From IMG/VR virus record IMGVR_UViG_2703718845_000002, positions 1 to 42,999 of that record: a stretch of 42,999 nt of DNA. The stretch is one strand, 5' to 3'. Position numbers and translations under genes: made by a program. Source of the DNA: a virus. Taxonomy: Duplodnaviria; Heunggongvirae; Uroviricota; Caudoviricetes. The notes under the pieces are model-generated. The model searched no databases, was not told the origin of the DNA, and saw nothing but the letters and a program-made list of their open reading frames with translations. The stretch's first letter is position 1; every line of letters begins with the position of its first letter. Positions 9,942 to 19,097 of this stretch are shown here, piece by piece.

Positions 9942-9962
9942 AAAAAAACCCGCCGGAGCGGG
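9942..9962 (-). terminator. Rho-independent terminator between moron gene and tape measure gene
   Basis: Same CCCGCCGGAGCGGG hairpin plus U7 on minus strand as at 7293..7313. Confidence 0.7.
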
Positions 9963-9967
9963 TTTGG

Positions 9968-10297
9968 TTATTTACAGGCCCGTTGGCCTATATAATACGC
10001 AATTGAATTATCAACTATTGGTGACATGCCTTCGTCAGGCTTGGATGCTTTCATCTGTTCCAGCGTATCACCATCACCAAGATACTTAACTGTCCACGAT
10101 GTGCAGTCATACAGGCGCTGTGAGTAAGATGTCCCTGACGGCCCCTCTCTCATGGTCGTGATGGTCGCCATGGAGCCATTTAAGCTTTTATCTATGATGG
10201 TGTATTTGGCTTTCGAATCGGTCGGGATGGAAATTGTAGTGGCTGAGGCAGCGCCAAAAGAAACCGTTAACATTAACACTAAAGCTAATTTTTTCAT
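9968..10297 (-). CDS. Secreted small protein with signal peptide (moron)
   Basis: 109 aa; N-terminal MKKLALVLMLTVSFGAASA looks like a Sec signal peptide with AxA cleavage site; two Cys; AT-rich codon usage unlike flanking tail genes. Confidence 0.6.
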   Translation of the reverse strand: MKKLALVLMLTVSFGAASATTISIPTDSKAKYTIIDKSLNGSMATITTMREGPSGTSYSQRLYDCTSWTVKYLGDGDTLEQMKASKPDEGMSPIVDNSIAYYIGQRACK

Positions 10298-10301
10298 GTA
10301 A

Positions 10302-10829
10302 TTACCCTATTTTAAAACCCATAAACTTACTTCCTGTCAGTTGGGATAGTTCAATTTCCCCGCCTCCCCAACCTTCCTCATGCATCTTTCGGTTCAATTG
10401 TTCTTCACGCTTAATATTCTTACACTTTCGAAGCAAGACGCCGAGTTGATAGTAACCATGGTGACTAGGCCGGTAAAAGGTTTTAGGGTATGGATAATCG
10501 CCTACCACTTGCTCATATTCATAAATTTGATAAAGCGCCTTGGCTATCAACGCATCCATGGCAATATCAGAAATGCAAATCATGTATTCACAAGCGCTAA
10601 TTGCAATAGACAAATGTTTCTGATCTGCGCGCAGTCGGTAGTGCTTTTTTACAGCCTCAGATAGTTGAAAATGAAGATCTACCACTTCTAAAAAGTTCTT
10701 TTTTAGCACCCACGACCTGAACCATTCGACTTTATCTCGAGAGAATCCATCAAGGCTCATATCCCTATCCCCACTGGTTAGTTTTGAACAGATTAGCAGG
10801 GATAGGAGAGAACGACAAAAGTGCTCCAT
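10302..10829 (-). CDS. Hypothetical cytoplasmic protein (moron); alternative start at 10760
   Basis: 175 aa ORF, AT-rich; ATG at 10829 has weak SD, in-frame ATG at 10760 has GGGGA/AGGGA SD; stop 4 nt before the downstream secreted-protein gene. Confidence 0.5.
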   Translation of the reverse strand: MEHFCRSLLSLLICSKLTSGDRDMSLDGFSRDKVEWFRSWVLKKNFLEVVDLHFQLSEAVKKHYRLRADQKHLSIAISACEYMICISDIAMDALIAKALYQIYEYEQVVGDYPYPKTFYRPSHHGYYQLGVLLRKCKNIKREEQLNRKMHEEGWGGGEIELSQLTGSKFMGFKIG

Positions 10830-10845
10830 CTTGGCTTAAAAAGCA

Positions 10846-11376
10846 CTAAGCAATGCCGGGCAAGTACAGCTGAACTTCATCGGCAGCACGATCACGCGCG
10901 GCATGGAGTAATCGCTTACGTCCGCCGACTCCCCATTTTGCCATCTGGCTAGCACACTGGCTAATCGCTTTGGTTTCAGTGTTGATGATATGGTCGATTT
11001 TGTTCAGCCTGGCCATGGCGCCGATCCCCAAACGGACAACGGTTCGAAATACCTCATACACTTCAATTTCGAACTCCGGCTTAATCCAGGCAGCGTAGCG
11101 AATAGCAAGTAGTTCGACGCCCCACGCGCCGGATTCAGAGCCGCCTTTTATCACCTTAAGCGGTTGATTTTGTTCCGAAGCACTTTTTAGTGCTTTGGAT
11201 TGAAGCGCCTTAATGAAGCGTTTTATTTGGGCGCTTCTGAGAAATACGCTTGGGCGCTGGGACTCTGTAGCCTCCCCATTTGCCACGGCTGCTGCATGGA
11301 GGTCATTAAGGCTATAGCGCCCCTCATCGTCGACACGAACGGAGACGCCGTTCACTGATACAGTTGGATATTTCAT
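10846..11376 (-). CDS. KilA-N domain protein
   Basis: N-terminal region (VSVNGVSVRVDDEGRYSLNDLHAAAV...RPSVFLRS) matches the KilA-N DNA-binding domain pattern; unusual location inside the tail module. Confidence 0.6.
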   Translation of the reverse strand: MKYPTVSVNGVSVRVDDEGRYSLNDLHAAAVANGEATESQRPSVFLRSAQIKRFIKALQSKALKSASEQNQPLKVIKGGSESGAWGVELLAIRYAAWIKPEFEIEVYEVFRTVVRLGIGAMARLNKIDHIINTETKAISQCASQMAKWGVGGRKRLLHAARDRAADEVQLYLPGIA

Positions 11377-11547
11377 ATCGGTTTACCTTTGAGTGATGAA
11401 CCTTGTCGCACAGGAAACCGGCCCACAGAAGGGCACCGACAGCCAGCCGGCATCCTCAAGGGTCATCCTGAAAGGTTCTGTGTTAAATGCGCGTGCGAGG
11501 CGCGTCAGAAGTGAGTCGGCGTTAGCCGTTCACGAACAAACGGATAT

Positions 11548-11571
11548 AAAAAAGCCCCGCGAATGCGAGGC
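11548..11571 (-). terminator. Rho-independent terminator (minus strand)
   Basis: Minus-strand RNA GCCUCGC-AUUC-GCGGGGC (G.U wobble) followed by U6; same stem sequence as the terminator at 25365..25390. Confidence 0.6.
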
Positions 11572-11593
11572 TGATATTCGGTTAGTGCTGTGG

Positions 11594-12307
11594 TTATTTC
11601 TTCGTGCGGCTTGTCATGGATCGCTCCTGCTCCATCATCGCCTGCCAGCGGCGATCATCTTCGTCCATGACCGTGTCGTACTCTTCGCGCGTGAAGCCGT
11701 TCTGATTGGGGTATTTGGCGTTAATCATCATGGCGAACTCTGTCATCGTGAGGTTCTCAGCCTCTTCCCGGCTTATGCCGAAATGGTTACGGGCCGCCAT
11801 GATGTAGTCGGCTGCGCGGAATTCTGCGGTTGTCTCATTCGTTTCGTAACGCTGCAGCTTGCGCACCTTCGCTTTGCCGATGATGCCGTGCATCATCAGG
11901 TTTTGCGCGACGATGACCATACTTTCCGGCGGCATGCTGCCCGGGCGCCATACAAAGCCACGCTTACGTGATTTCCCCGGCTTCATCCAACCAACCAGAT
12001 CGCCGATATCATCGTCACAACATGCTGTCAGTACCGTATGCGCGGCCATGATCGCTTTGCGTGACAGGAGCCCGCTTTGCATAAACCGCATGACGCAATC
12101 AGGAAGGTGGCTGTACTCATCGCGGATATAGGCCTCGGCTGCGCGCTGCGCGAATGGCGTAGCCTCGTCATTGCACAGGTCATAGAATGCCTGAACAATC
12201 TCCTCGGGCTCACCGATTCGCGCCATGTTGCGAAACGACGGCCGGAAAAAGAGTTCCCGGTCACCGGTACCGATAACGCATTCGCCTAATTCTTTAATCG
12301 GGGTCAT
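11594..12307 (-). CDS. Putative tail assembly chaperone (positional call)
   Basis: 237 aa ORF between major tail protein and tape measure, where G/GT-type chaperones are encoded; no diagnostic motif recognised, no frameshift partner identified. Confidence 0.45.
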   Translation of the reverse strand: MTPIKELGECVIGTGDRELFFRPSFRNMARIGEPEEIVQAFYDLCNDEATPFAQRAAEAYIRDEYSHLPDCVMRFMQSGLLSRKAIMAAHTVLTACCDDDIGDLVGWMKPGKSRKRGFVWRPGSMPPESMVIVAQNLMMHGIIGKAKVRKLQRYETNETTAEFRAADYIMAARNHFGISREEAENLTMTEFAMMINAKYPNQNGFTREEYDTVMDEDDRRWQAMMEQERSMTSRTKK

Positions 12308-12374
12308 AGTCGCTCCATAAACAGTATCAAGGGCGCAGAACGCCCTTTGTACTATTCACGAAATGGCCTGATGG

Positions 12375-13139
12375 TTAACTGATAGTGACCGCGCAGGATG
12401 CAGAAGTGATCGTGAATGGTGTCGCGGAAGAATCGGTAACTTCACAGGTATAGGCCCCGGCATCACCGGAAACAGCGCTGGCCTTGTTGAAGGTCGCCGT
12501 TGTTTGCCCGCTTACAACCGTGCCGTCTTTCTTCCAGACGTAGGTATAAGGCGAAGTGCCACCCTCAACCACTACCGACATATTCAGAGCCGCCCCTGCC
12601 GCCACGCTCTTGGTCGTCGGCAGGTTGGTGGTAAACGCCAGCGCCGGTGGAGCGACCTCAAATACTACGGTGTCTGCATCAGCAACTTTCCACTCACCAG
12701 AGAAGGTGGAAATATCCGTGGTGCCAAAATCACCAGACCAGGAGGTGGTGTTAAAGTAGCCCATGATATAAGTGCCAGCGTCTTCACCAGTGAAGTCGAA
12801 GCGGACCCAGACAGTCGGCTGACGGCCGGCCTGCACTTCATCGAAAATATATTTCGAGATGGCAATAGCTCCGACTTCCGTCGTCTTGTCTTTCTTGCGG
12901 AACTCACCTTCTCCGGAGATGGTGAAGTCCATGTTGTTGACCAGGTTCTCAACCAGCCCCTTCGTATCGTCAGCCTCAGAGGTGACGGTATTCATGGAGT
13001 AGTCAAAGCCCTTGGTGGTCATGGCGCCGAGTCGCTTCCATTCGGAAAGCGCAGGAACCGTATCAGCACAGCCAAAAGCCATGCGGAGCACGGCCACCTT
13101 ACCAATCAGCTTGCCGGTGTCATTAGCGCAGCCTTGCAT
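12375..13139 (-). CDS. Major tail (tube) protein with C-terminal Ig-like domain
   Basis: 254 aa; C-terminal 80 aa (SVVVEGGTSPYTYVWKKDGTVVSGQTTATF...AYTCEVTD) resembles an Ig-like fold as on lambda V; ATG at 13139. Confidence 0.8.
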   Translation of the reverse strand: MQGCANDTGKLIGKVAVLRMAFGCADTVPALSEWKRLGAMTTKGFDYSMNTVTSEADDTKGLVENLVNNMDFTISGEGEFRKKDKTTEVGAIAISKYIFDEVQAGRQPTVWVRFDFTGEDAGTYIMGYFNTTSWSGDFGTTDISTFSGEWKVADADTVVFEVAPPALAFTTNLPTTKSVAAGAALNMSVVVEGGTSPYTYVWKKDGTVVSGQTTATFNKASAVSGDAGAYTCEVTDSSATPFTITSASCAVTIS

Positions 13140-13154
13140 GTATGCCTCTCAATT

Positions 13155-13178
13155 AAAAAAGGCCGCCATATGGCAGCC
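13155..13178 (-). terminator. Strong hairpin plus U-run between tail terminator gene and major tail gene
   Basis: Near-perfect palindrome GGCCGCCATATGGCAGCC; minus-strand RNA forms a 7-bp stem followed by U6. Confidence 0.55.
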
Positions 13179-13197
13179 TGATGGGTGATTCTGACGA

Positions 13198-13581
13198 TTA
13201 TTCGCCGTATGTGCAGGATACGAGCAGCCGGGTTACTAACCGGCCCTCTTCGGTGGGGATCGGCGCCGGGACATTGCCGACAAGCCGTAGCGCGCCTACG
13301 CAATCATCGGCGCCGGATTGCGCGCTGATATACTCGACAATGGCGTTTACCGCGGCGTCCGCAGCATCGGGATTCGCCTTCGAGGAGATCACATCAACCA
13401 TCACATACCAGTCGCCGCCGAGGTCAAAGGTGATATCGGTACCGCCGGAAGACCGGAACACGATGAACTGATCGGTATCTTTCCCGGTGTCGCGCCATTG
13501 CCGCCACTGGACCTTAAACCCCGCGGTAAGCCCCTCATCCACAAACAGGTCTTTGAGGCGCATGTACATGGGGGGCGTCAT
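13198..13581 (-). CDS. Tail terminator / tail completion protein (U-like position)
   Basis: 127 aa ORF immediately upstream of the major tail gene, overlapping the preceding gene by 4 nt. Confidence 0.55.
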   Translation of the reverse strand: MTPPMYMRLKDLFVDEGLTAGFKVQWRQWRDTGKDTDQFIVFRSSGGTDITFDLGGDWYVMVDVISSKANPDAADAAVNAIVEYISAQSGADDCVGALRLVGNVPAPIPTEEGRLVTRLLVSCTYGE

Positions 13582-13946
13582 AGCGAAAGCTCCTTCTTCA
13601 CCACCGCGTCAATCTGGTTGCGGGTATCCTCGAAGCCTTTCGTTAAGAACTCCTTGCGGGCAGTTGCTCGCGTGAAGTTCTGTTTCACTGCCGGATCGTG
13701 AACATAAACCGCATAGTTGGCGGAGTAACCAACGCGCCCGGTTACCCTGGTGCCGTTAGCCATGATTTCGCGGAACTGGCTGTTGATGAGCGTCGACGTA
13801 TCGATCGGGGTGTAAAGCGCGGCCTGCGCGCTGCCGATAAGCATCGCAGACTGGATTGCTCGCACGACTTTACGTCCCTGAACGTCTTTAATGATGCGAT
13901 CGAGGTTGGCCTTGGCCTGGCGGATGCCGCGAACTTTAGCGCCCAT
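13578..13946 (-). CDS. HK97 gp10-family neck/tail component
   Basis: 122 aa; N-terminus MGAKVRGIRQAKANLDRI is typical of HK97 gp10-like proteins; correct position in head-tail joining module. Confidence 0.6.
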   Translation of the reverse strand: MGAKVRGIRQAKANLDRIIKDVQGRKVVRAIQSAMLIGSAQAALYTPIDTSTLINSQFREIMANGTRVTGRVGYSANYAVYVHDPAVKQNFTRATARKEFLTKGFEDTRNQIDAVVKKELSL

Positions 13947-13948
13947 AA

Positions 13949-14311
13949 TCAGACTCCCGTAATCAGTGCGAAATCGTCCGCCAGTCGCTCGAACGTATCT
14001 GCGAACTGGACGATCTGCCGAATCTCATCGGCCTCATCCGGCGGAGCCGCATCGGTCGACGCGCCAATCAGGATGTAATCTCCCTCCCGCGCCGTTGCGT
14101 ACTCGGTCCATATCGTGTTTTTAACCACAATCTCCCGGCCAAGGTCACCGATTTTTGCAGAGAGACCACCCTGGTAGTCGCAGAGAATAGCGTTCGGCGC
14201 TTCCCACCCGTAAGGCTGACCTCCGCCGTCGGTATCACTACCGTCAGCATCGCGTATACGCCGCCAGATTGTCGCCGTCGCGGTGTATGACCAATTAGCT
14301 ACCGAAGACAT
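13949..14311 (-). CDS. Head-tail adaptor / head closure protein
   Basis: 120 aa ORF in head-tail joining module; ATG at 14311 overlaps stop of upstream small ORF. Confidence 0.5.
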   Translation of the reverse strand: MSSVANWSYTATATIWRRIRDADGSDTDGGGQPYGWEAPNAILCDYQGGLSAKIGDLGREIVVKNTIWTEYATAREGDYILIGASTDAAPPDEADEIRQIVQFADTFERLADDFALITGV

Positions 14312-14484
14312 CAGTCATCCCTCCATCGCAGCACGGCGGCGCCTGTGGCGCGTATGCGGTCGCAGTTAATGAACCACTCACCGTCGCTTTTCACGTACGC
14401 CGTAGTTTGCTCGCCGGTATCGGTGATCACCCACACCCGGGTAAACGTCCGCGGCAGCCGTTGCTGAACTGAAACCCACGCCAT
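14311..14484 (-). CDS. Small hypothetical protein (57 aa), not in supplied ORF track
   Basis: ATG at 14484 overlapping the stop of the connector gene (TAATG), GGGGA SD, TGA overlapping the next ATG (TGATG); translation MAWVSVQQRLPRTFTRVWVITDTGEQTTAYVKSDGEWFINC... Confidence 0.45.
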   Translation of the reverse strand: MAWVSVQQRLPRTFTRVWVITDTGEQTTAYVKSDGEWFINCDRIRATGAAVLRWRDD

Positions 14485-14885
14485 TACTTATCCCCGCACA
14501 TACATCCGCCTTTACCTATCCAGATACCAGCGAATGCCGGCGAGGCGGTAGGGTCTGCAGGAATCAGAGCGCTGGCGCACCCGGATTTATCCAGACTGCG
14601 CAGCAGGTTTACGGATGACTTCCATCTGTCTGAGAATGACTGGTAACGGAATGAGCGGGATGCTCCGCTTGGCGCCGTCTGGCTGGAAATGTATTTATCC
14701 CCACTCCCGAGCCCCATCAGCGCTAGGAGGTAGAGCTGAATAAGCAAGGCTGTCGATGCCGGGTAATGTGCATCAAGGCAGTCCTGAATGCTGTTCGCCT
14801 CATCAACGAACGCCTGGAGTACAAAGTCAGGCATGGTAATCCCCTGACCTTCCAGATACTCCTTCGCTTGGTCGAGAGTTACCAT
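14484..14885 (-). CDS. Head-tail connector protein (gp6-like)
   Basis: 133 aa; N-terminal MVTLDQAKEYLEGQG... resembles gp6-type head-tail connector N-termini; follows capsid genes. Confidence 0.6.
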   Translation of the reverse strand: MVTLDQAKEYLEGQGITMPDFVLQAFVDEANSIQDCLDAHYPASTALLIQLYLLALMGLGSGDKYISSQTAPSGASRSFRYQSFSDRWKSSVNLLRSLDKSGCASALIPADPTASPAFAGIWIGKGGCMCGDK

Positions 14886-14926
14886 TATCGGCTCCGTGAG
14901 AATGAAGCCCTGTTTTCACAGGGCAT

Positions 14927-14948
14927 AAAAAAACCGCCTTAGCGGCGG
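14927..14948 (-). terminator. Rho-independent terminator (minus strand), with a second hairpin at 14906..14924
   Basis: Minus-strand RNA CCGCC-GCUAA-GGCGG followed by U7; adjacent GCCCTG-TTTTCA-CAGGGC hairpin. Confidence 0.6.
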
Positions 14949-14951
14949 CTG

Positions 14952-15245
14952 TTATTCAGCAGGGAATAGCTTTTCAAGTTCGCCATCCGGCAACAGCTCA
15001 CCAAGCTTTTCAGCCCCTATGTTTCCTTTAAACTCGATGCCTAATTCCGTCAGGCGGGCCTGAATAATCTCTTTTCGAGATTTTGTATCAGTGCCTGCTT
15101 CTGGTGTTGCCGGAGAGAGTTCCCCACCTGCTTCGCCGCGCATGAGACGAACGTTTGACTTCAGGGCCGGATGAAGATTTTCAAGTTCAACAACCTGCCC
15201 CAGCGCTACTCCATTCCACGGGCGCACCACTTCGTATTTAGCCAT
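14952..15245 (-). CDS. Hypothetical protein downstream of major capsid gene
   Basis: 97 aa, ATG at 15245; helical C-terminal segment (IIQARLTELGIEFKG...); function unknown. Confidence 0.5.
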   Translation of the reverse strand: MAKYEVVRPWNGVALGQVVELENLHPALKSNVRLMRGEAGGELSPATPEAGTDTKSRKEIIQARLTELGIEFKGNIGAEKLGELLPDGELEKLFPAE

Positions 15246-15254
15246 GCTGTTTCC

Positions 15255-16331
15255 TTACGCCAGGTTCGCGCCGTAGACAACGCCAGACAGGCCCTGATCG
15301 TCTGCAGTGATTTGCAGACCTTCAGCAGACATGATCTGGAAGTTGTAGTTAATGTTTGGGAGAGGGCGAGGTAGTGCAATAACGCCCTGAGCCATACCAA
15401 CAAGCGGAGAAATAACATCGCGACGGCGGACGTAAGCAATGAACTCATTACCGGACAGAGCGAACGTTGGGCGGATTTCTTTAACTGGCGCGAACGGCAG
15501 AACCTCCTGCAGAACATTGCCACTAATCACACCGTTCACTACGTACGGTTTTGCCAGGTTAGCCCAGATCTCATCAGATACCCACATTACGTCATAGGAA
15601 GAAACCTTGTTGGCACGTGCCGTTGTTCCGAAAGCGCCCTTTCCGAAGAACTCAATGATCTGCTCTGTAGTGGCGGTAGTCAGATCGATGTTTACGCCAC
15701 CTGCGCCAGAGCCAAGGTTAATTTTCTTGGTGTTGCGGTGGTTTTTCATACCCTGGGCAGGATAACCCTGCACCTGAATATTGGCATCACCTGAAAGGTA
15801 ATAAGCAACACGGCGCTTGTTTACTTTTTTGAGTTTCGCCATTTGCGAGTCGAGCACCAGATCTACACCAACCGAATTAAGACCTGCTGCGTGACGCCAG
15901 TTAACCCCATAGCCGGCGGTAAATACCGGAATAGGGTCGCCATCACTAGCATAGTCGGTGTGGTCAAAGGAGAACGGAGCCTGACCGTCAATGCTCACAG
16001 AAACATCATCAGCAATATCGCCGACAACGTTATATAACTTCGCCGTCTTTCCAACTGGAAGCACTGTCTGGACGCCCATCAGGTCATTGATGATTTCCAT
16101 GCCATCTTCCTGATCGCGTAGTTGCAGGATCTGGTTATCAATCTCAGCCCAGAAATCACGAGCGAAACCGCCAACAGCGTTACATGCCAACATTTCTGGC
16201 GTCATGTGCGCGCGGTTGACAGCAATCATAGCGTCATGTTGCGCGTTCCACATGTTGCGGTTAGCCCACAACTCATTCCAGTGAGCGCCAAGGCGAGCAT
16301 TAGTCGCCAGTGTCTCTTTAGAAAAGTACAT
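15255..16331 (-). CDS. Major capsid protein (lambda E-like)
   Basis: 358 aa; C-terminus (...NFQIMSAEGLQITADDQGLSGVVYGANLA) resembles the lambda gpE C-terminus as recalled; correct position and size. Confidence 0.8.
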   Translation of the reverse strand: MYFSKETLATNARLGAHWNELWANRNMWNAQHDAMIAVNRAHMTPEMLACNAVGGFARDFWAEIDNQILQLRDQEDGMEIINDLMGVQTVLPVGKTAKLYNVVGDIADDVSVSIDGQAPFSFDHTDYASDGDPIPVFTAGYGVNWRHAAGLNSVGVDLVLDSQMAKLKKVNKRRVAYYLSGDANIQVQGYPAQGMKNHRNTKKINLGSGAGGVNIDLTTATTEQIIEFFGKGAFGTTARANKVSSYDVMWVSDEIWANLAKPYVVNGVISGNVLQEVLPFAPVKEIRPTFALSGNEFIAYVRRRDVISPLVGMAQGVIALPRPLPNINYNFQIMSAEGLQITADDQGLSGVVYGANLA

Positions 16332-16348
16332 ATGCGTTTATCCTTTTG

Positions 16349-16798
16349 TTACGCGCCAGCTGCGGCGACAGTGCCAACGCGCATGCGCACGCGAATAAAA
16401 TCGGTAGTGCTGGCCGCGATGGTGTATTCATCCTGGCTGTAGCCGATCACTGAATCGGTGTCGGAGGTGGCAAGGGTGAACTGACCAGCCGTCCCAAGTT
16501 TGATAGGGCTGTCTTTCTTATACGCTCCAGGCAGGCAGCGTAACGCCAGTTCACGTCCCTCTTCGACATAGTTGCCGACCGCAGAATCACCGGCAGGAAT
16601 TGCTTCGGTGATGGTCAGTCCCTGGTGGTAGCCGACATCGATAATGTACAGGCGGCCAGTTAGTGCAGTTGCCTGAGCAAATTCATCAGAGGAGTTGATG
16701 GTAGCCGCGGTGCCTGGAAGAAGATCGGCGGCCGTGGTGCGGGTTTCGGTCTTGTAAAGAGACAGACCGTCGATATTAACGCGACGATAACGTGCCAT
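16349..16798 (-). CDS. Putative head decoration / capsid accessory protein
   Basis: 149 aa ORF between scaffold-like gene and major capsid gene, the position of lambda D; no motif-level support. Confidence 0.45.
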   Translation of the reverse strand: MARYRRVNIDGLSLYKTETRTTAADLLPGTAATINSSDEFAQATALTGRLYIIDVGYHQGLTITEAIPAGDSAVGNYVEEGRELALRCLPGAYKKDSPIKLGTAGQFTLATSDTDSVIGYSQDEYTIAASTTDFIRVRMRVGTVAAAGA

Positions 16799-16810
16799 TA
16801 TTCCGGCTCC

Positions 16811-18133
16811 TTATTTGAAGTATTCAGATGCGGCAGGAGCGCCAGTTTCTTTCGGCTGCTGAGCATTGTTGGTTCCCAACGGAGCGGCTTCACCGATAGT
16901 TTTAAACATTGCATCCAGCGCTTCACCAGACAGCGCATTGGCGACGATATCGCCGTGGACTTTCGCAACCGCTTCACGCTTGTTTTTTTCTTCAGCGCGG
17001 GAGTTGGCGGTCAGGGTTTCTGCCAGTTTCTGCTGATTGGCCTGCAGCGCATCAACCTTTTCTACAAGAGGCTTAATAGCCGCATCGGTATTAGTCGCAA
17101 CAGCCTGGCCGATCATGCTGCCGATTTGTTCCAGTTCTTCTTTGGTTAAAGGCATGTCGCCCTCCGTTTTGTGGTTTGGTGCAGGCTGTTCCTGCGGTGT
17201 GAATAGAGCTTTAAGTTTGTTAGTGACTACAGCCACCCACGACTCCTGTCGTGCAACTGCGGTGCCGGTATCGTCGAAGGTGATAATCCCGCCTTCTGAC
17301 TTGTAGCCAAACACCTCAGCATTGCCGCCGTTACGGATGATTACCGCTTGCGAGTCAGTGAAGTCAGCCACCCAGGCGTATTCGTCCTGGCCGCTCGCAA
17401 ACTTAGCTTTGGCAGCTCTATCGAGGCGCTGCTCGCGCTCCCGGTAAGATTCTCCGATCAGCGCGCCAGAATTGGCCTTTAACGGCTTCGCCATGTCAGC
17501 ATTAACCATCAGGCCAACACCTTGCTCAGGGGTGGCCGCTCCGACCTCATGCAGGAGAATCGCGTCATGGTCCATGCTGTGAATCTTCGCCACCCAGTCG
17601 GCACCTGTTGCGCGCTGCTGCTCATTTGGTTCAAGTTGATCGAGGAAAGCAGCCACACTGGTATGAATGGGTGGTACGTCTTCACCGCGCTCGATAGCCG
17701 CGACACGCTCAAGCAATTCTTTACCGCCTTCCGACTCGCCAGCGCGGGCCACATCGACCCACTTTTCGAGATAGATGCGATTACCGGACTTCTTAACATT
17801 GCGGTTCCACGCGCCGATATGGCCGGCATTAATCCCTTCAGGAGAAAACGCGGATACGAACTGGCCGTTAACCTGTGGGTGCCCCAGCGGCGCCAGAGTG
17901 CCCTCCAGCCCCTGATAGTGGGCATTGATTTCATCTTCCGTGTACAACCCGCCATTCATAACGACGTTCGCCGGAAGCGTGTAGCTCGGCAGCACCAGGT
18001 GCTCACGCCCATTGTACGTTTCGCGTCGGATAGACTGGCTATTCACCTTAGTGGTGATATTGACCTGAATGTGCTCACCATTTTGCGATGCCGGGATTGG
18101 ACGCTTTGCTTCGTGGTTTACCTGTAATTTCAT
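16811..18133 (-). CDS. Putative scaffolding / prohead core protein
   Basis: 440 aa with helical E/K/A/Q-rich C-terminal third, between minor head protein and capsid genes. Confidence 0.55.
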   Translation of the reverse strand: MKLQVNHEAKRPIPASQNGEHIQVNITTKVNSQSIRRETYNGREHLVLPSYTLPANVVMNGGLYTEDEINAHYQGLEGTLAPLGHPQVNGQFVSAFSPEGINAGHIGAWNRNVKKSGNRIYLEKWVDVARAGESEGGKELLERVAAIERGEDVPPIHTSVAAFLDQLEPNEQQRATGADWVAKIHSMDHDAILLHEVGAATPEQGVGLMVNADMAKPLKANSGALIGESYREREQRLDRAAKAKFASGQDEYAWVADFTDSQAVIIRNGGNAEVFGYKSEGGIITFDDTGTAVARQESWVAVVTNKLKALFTPQEQPAPNHKTEGDMPLTKEELEQIGSMIGQAVATNTDAAIKPLVEKVDALQANQQKLAETLTANSRAEEKNKREAVAKVHGDIVANALSGEALDAMFKTIGEAAPLGTNNAQQPKETGAPAASEYFK

Positions 18134-18146
18134 AGCTGTTAGCTCT

Positions 18147-19097
18147 CTATGCCGCGTGTTTATAACCGCAGCAACTGGAATGGTTGACCTTCATCTTCTT
18201 CCAATGACTGTCGAATTCCTTCTTAGCCATTTCGATGACGTTCGGATAAAGCGGCTTACCATCTGCATCAACAAGCACTTCCACTTGGCTGCATTTGCAG
18301 TTTATTGCATTAGCATCAACGGCATACCAGTCCCTGACCTCCTGAACTGTGTATGTGTGCGCGTGTCTCAGAGCATGCTTTATTCGCGTTGTTGGGCTTA
18401 ATGCGGAAAGGTGGAGAAGCCTGATGTTTAAGCCGAGATCATCCATTGAAGACTCAGCTTCATCCCATCGAGCCCGGCGCAGCGCAGTGGTAACCTCAGT
18501 GCGCGCTATCCGGTTCGCCCGACGTTTTTCGATGCCAGTCTGTGCGGTAAGGTTCCTGGCAATATCCAGCGGGTTAAGCCCTCGCCCTACACCATCAGTC
18601 AGCACGCGAGCCATGTCGCGCTTTACTTCTGCACTCAGGCCTTTCATTTCCTCAAACACACGCGCATGCACCAGCGTCATTCGTTGCTGGTACGGGTTGC
18701 TTGCAAGGATGGAGGCCAGGGACTCACGTCCAGCGGCGTACACCGGCGACTGCTGGCTGAGGTTGTAGAATGACTGTCCTGTGCCTTTCTCTGACGCCAA
18801 ATCGACATACTCATAAAACCACAGGTCGTACTCGTTACCATCCAGAAGCACCTGATCAACCAGATAACTGGCATCATTCAGGATGATGGATAGTAGGGTT
18901 GGGTTTAGCTGGTATTCGTATCTGGCGTTTACTGCGAGAGAGAATGGTATTTTGTCGAGTGCTGCTTTGTACGCTTTGCCAATCTTATTCATCCGCCTGG
19001 CGAAGTCTTTCATCGCCCGGCGTTCCAGCGCATCAGCTCCGGTCGGGTCCTGATAGTTACGCGGTAGAATCGGTGGCTTCGTCTTCTTCGCTGCCAT
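18147..19097 (-). CDS. Minor head protein (head morphogenesis, F-like)
   Basis: 316 aa following and overlapping the portal gene by 41 nt; composition and position typical of SPP1 gp7 / Mu F-like proteins. Confidence 0.65.
   Translation of the reverse strand: MAAKKTKPPILPRNYQDPTGADALERRAMKDFARRMNKIGKAYKAALDKIPFSLAVNARYEYQLNPTLLSIILNDASYLVDQVLLDGNEYDLWFYEYVDLASEKGTGQSFYNLSQQSPVYAAGRESLASILASNPYQQRMTLVHARVFEEMKGLSAEVKRDMARVLTDGVGRGLNPLDIARNLTAQTGIEKRRANRIARTEVTTALRRARWDEAESSMDDLGLNIRLLHLSALSPTTRIKHALRHAHTYTVQEVRDWYAVDANAINCKCSQVEVLVDADGKPLYPNVIEMAKKEFDSHWKKMKVNHSSCCGYKHAA

Noticed and set aside
12504-13181. 225-aa plus-strand ORF
   Set aside because: Lies entirely antisense to the major tail protein gene; Arg/Gly-rich composition typical of shadow frames.
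17522-18127. 201-aa plus-strand ORF
   Set aside because: Antisense to the scaffold-like gene within a uniformly minus-strand structural operon.
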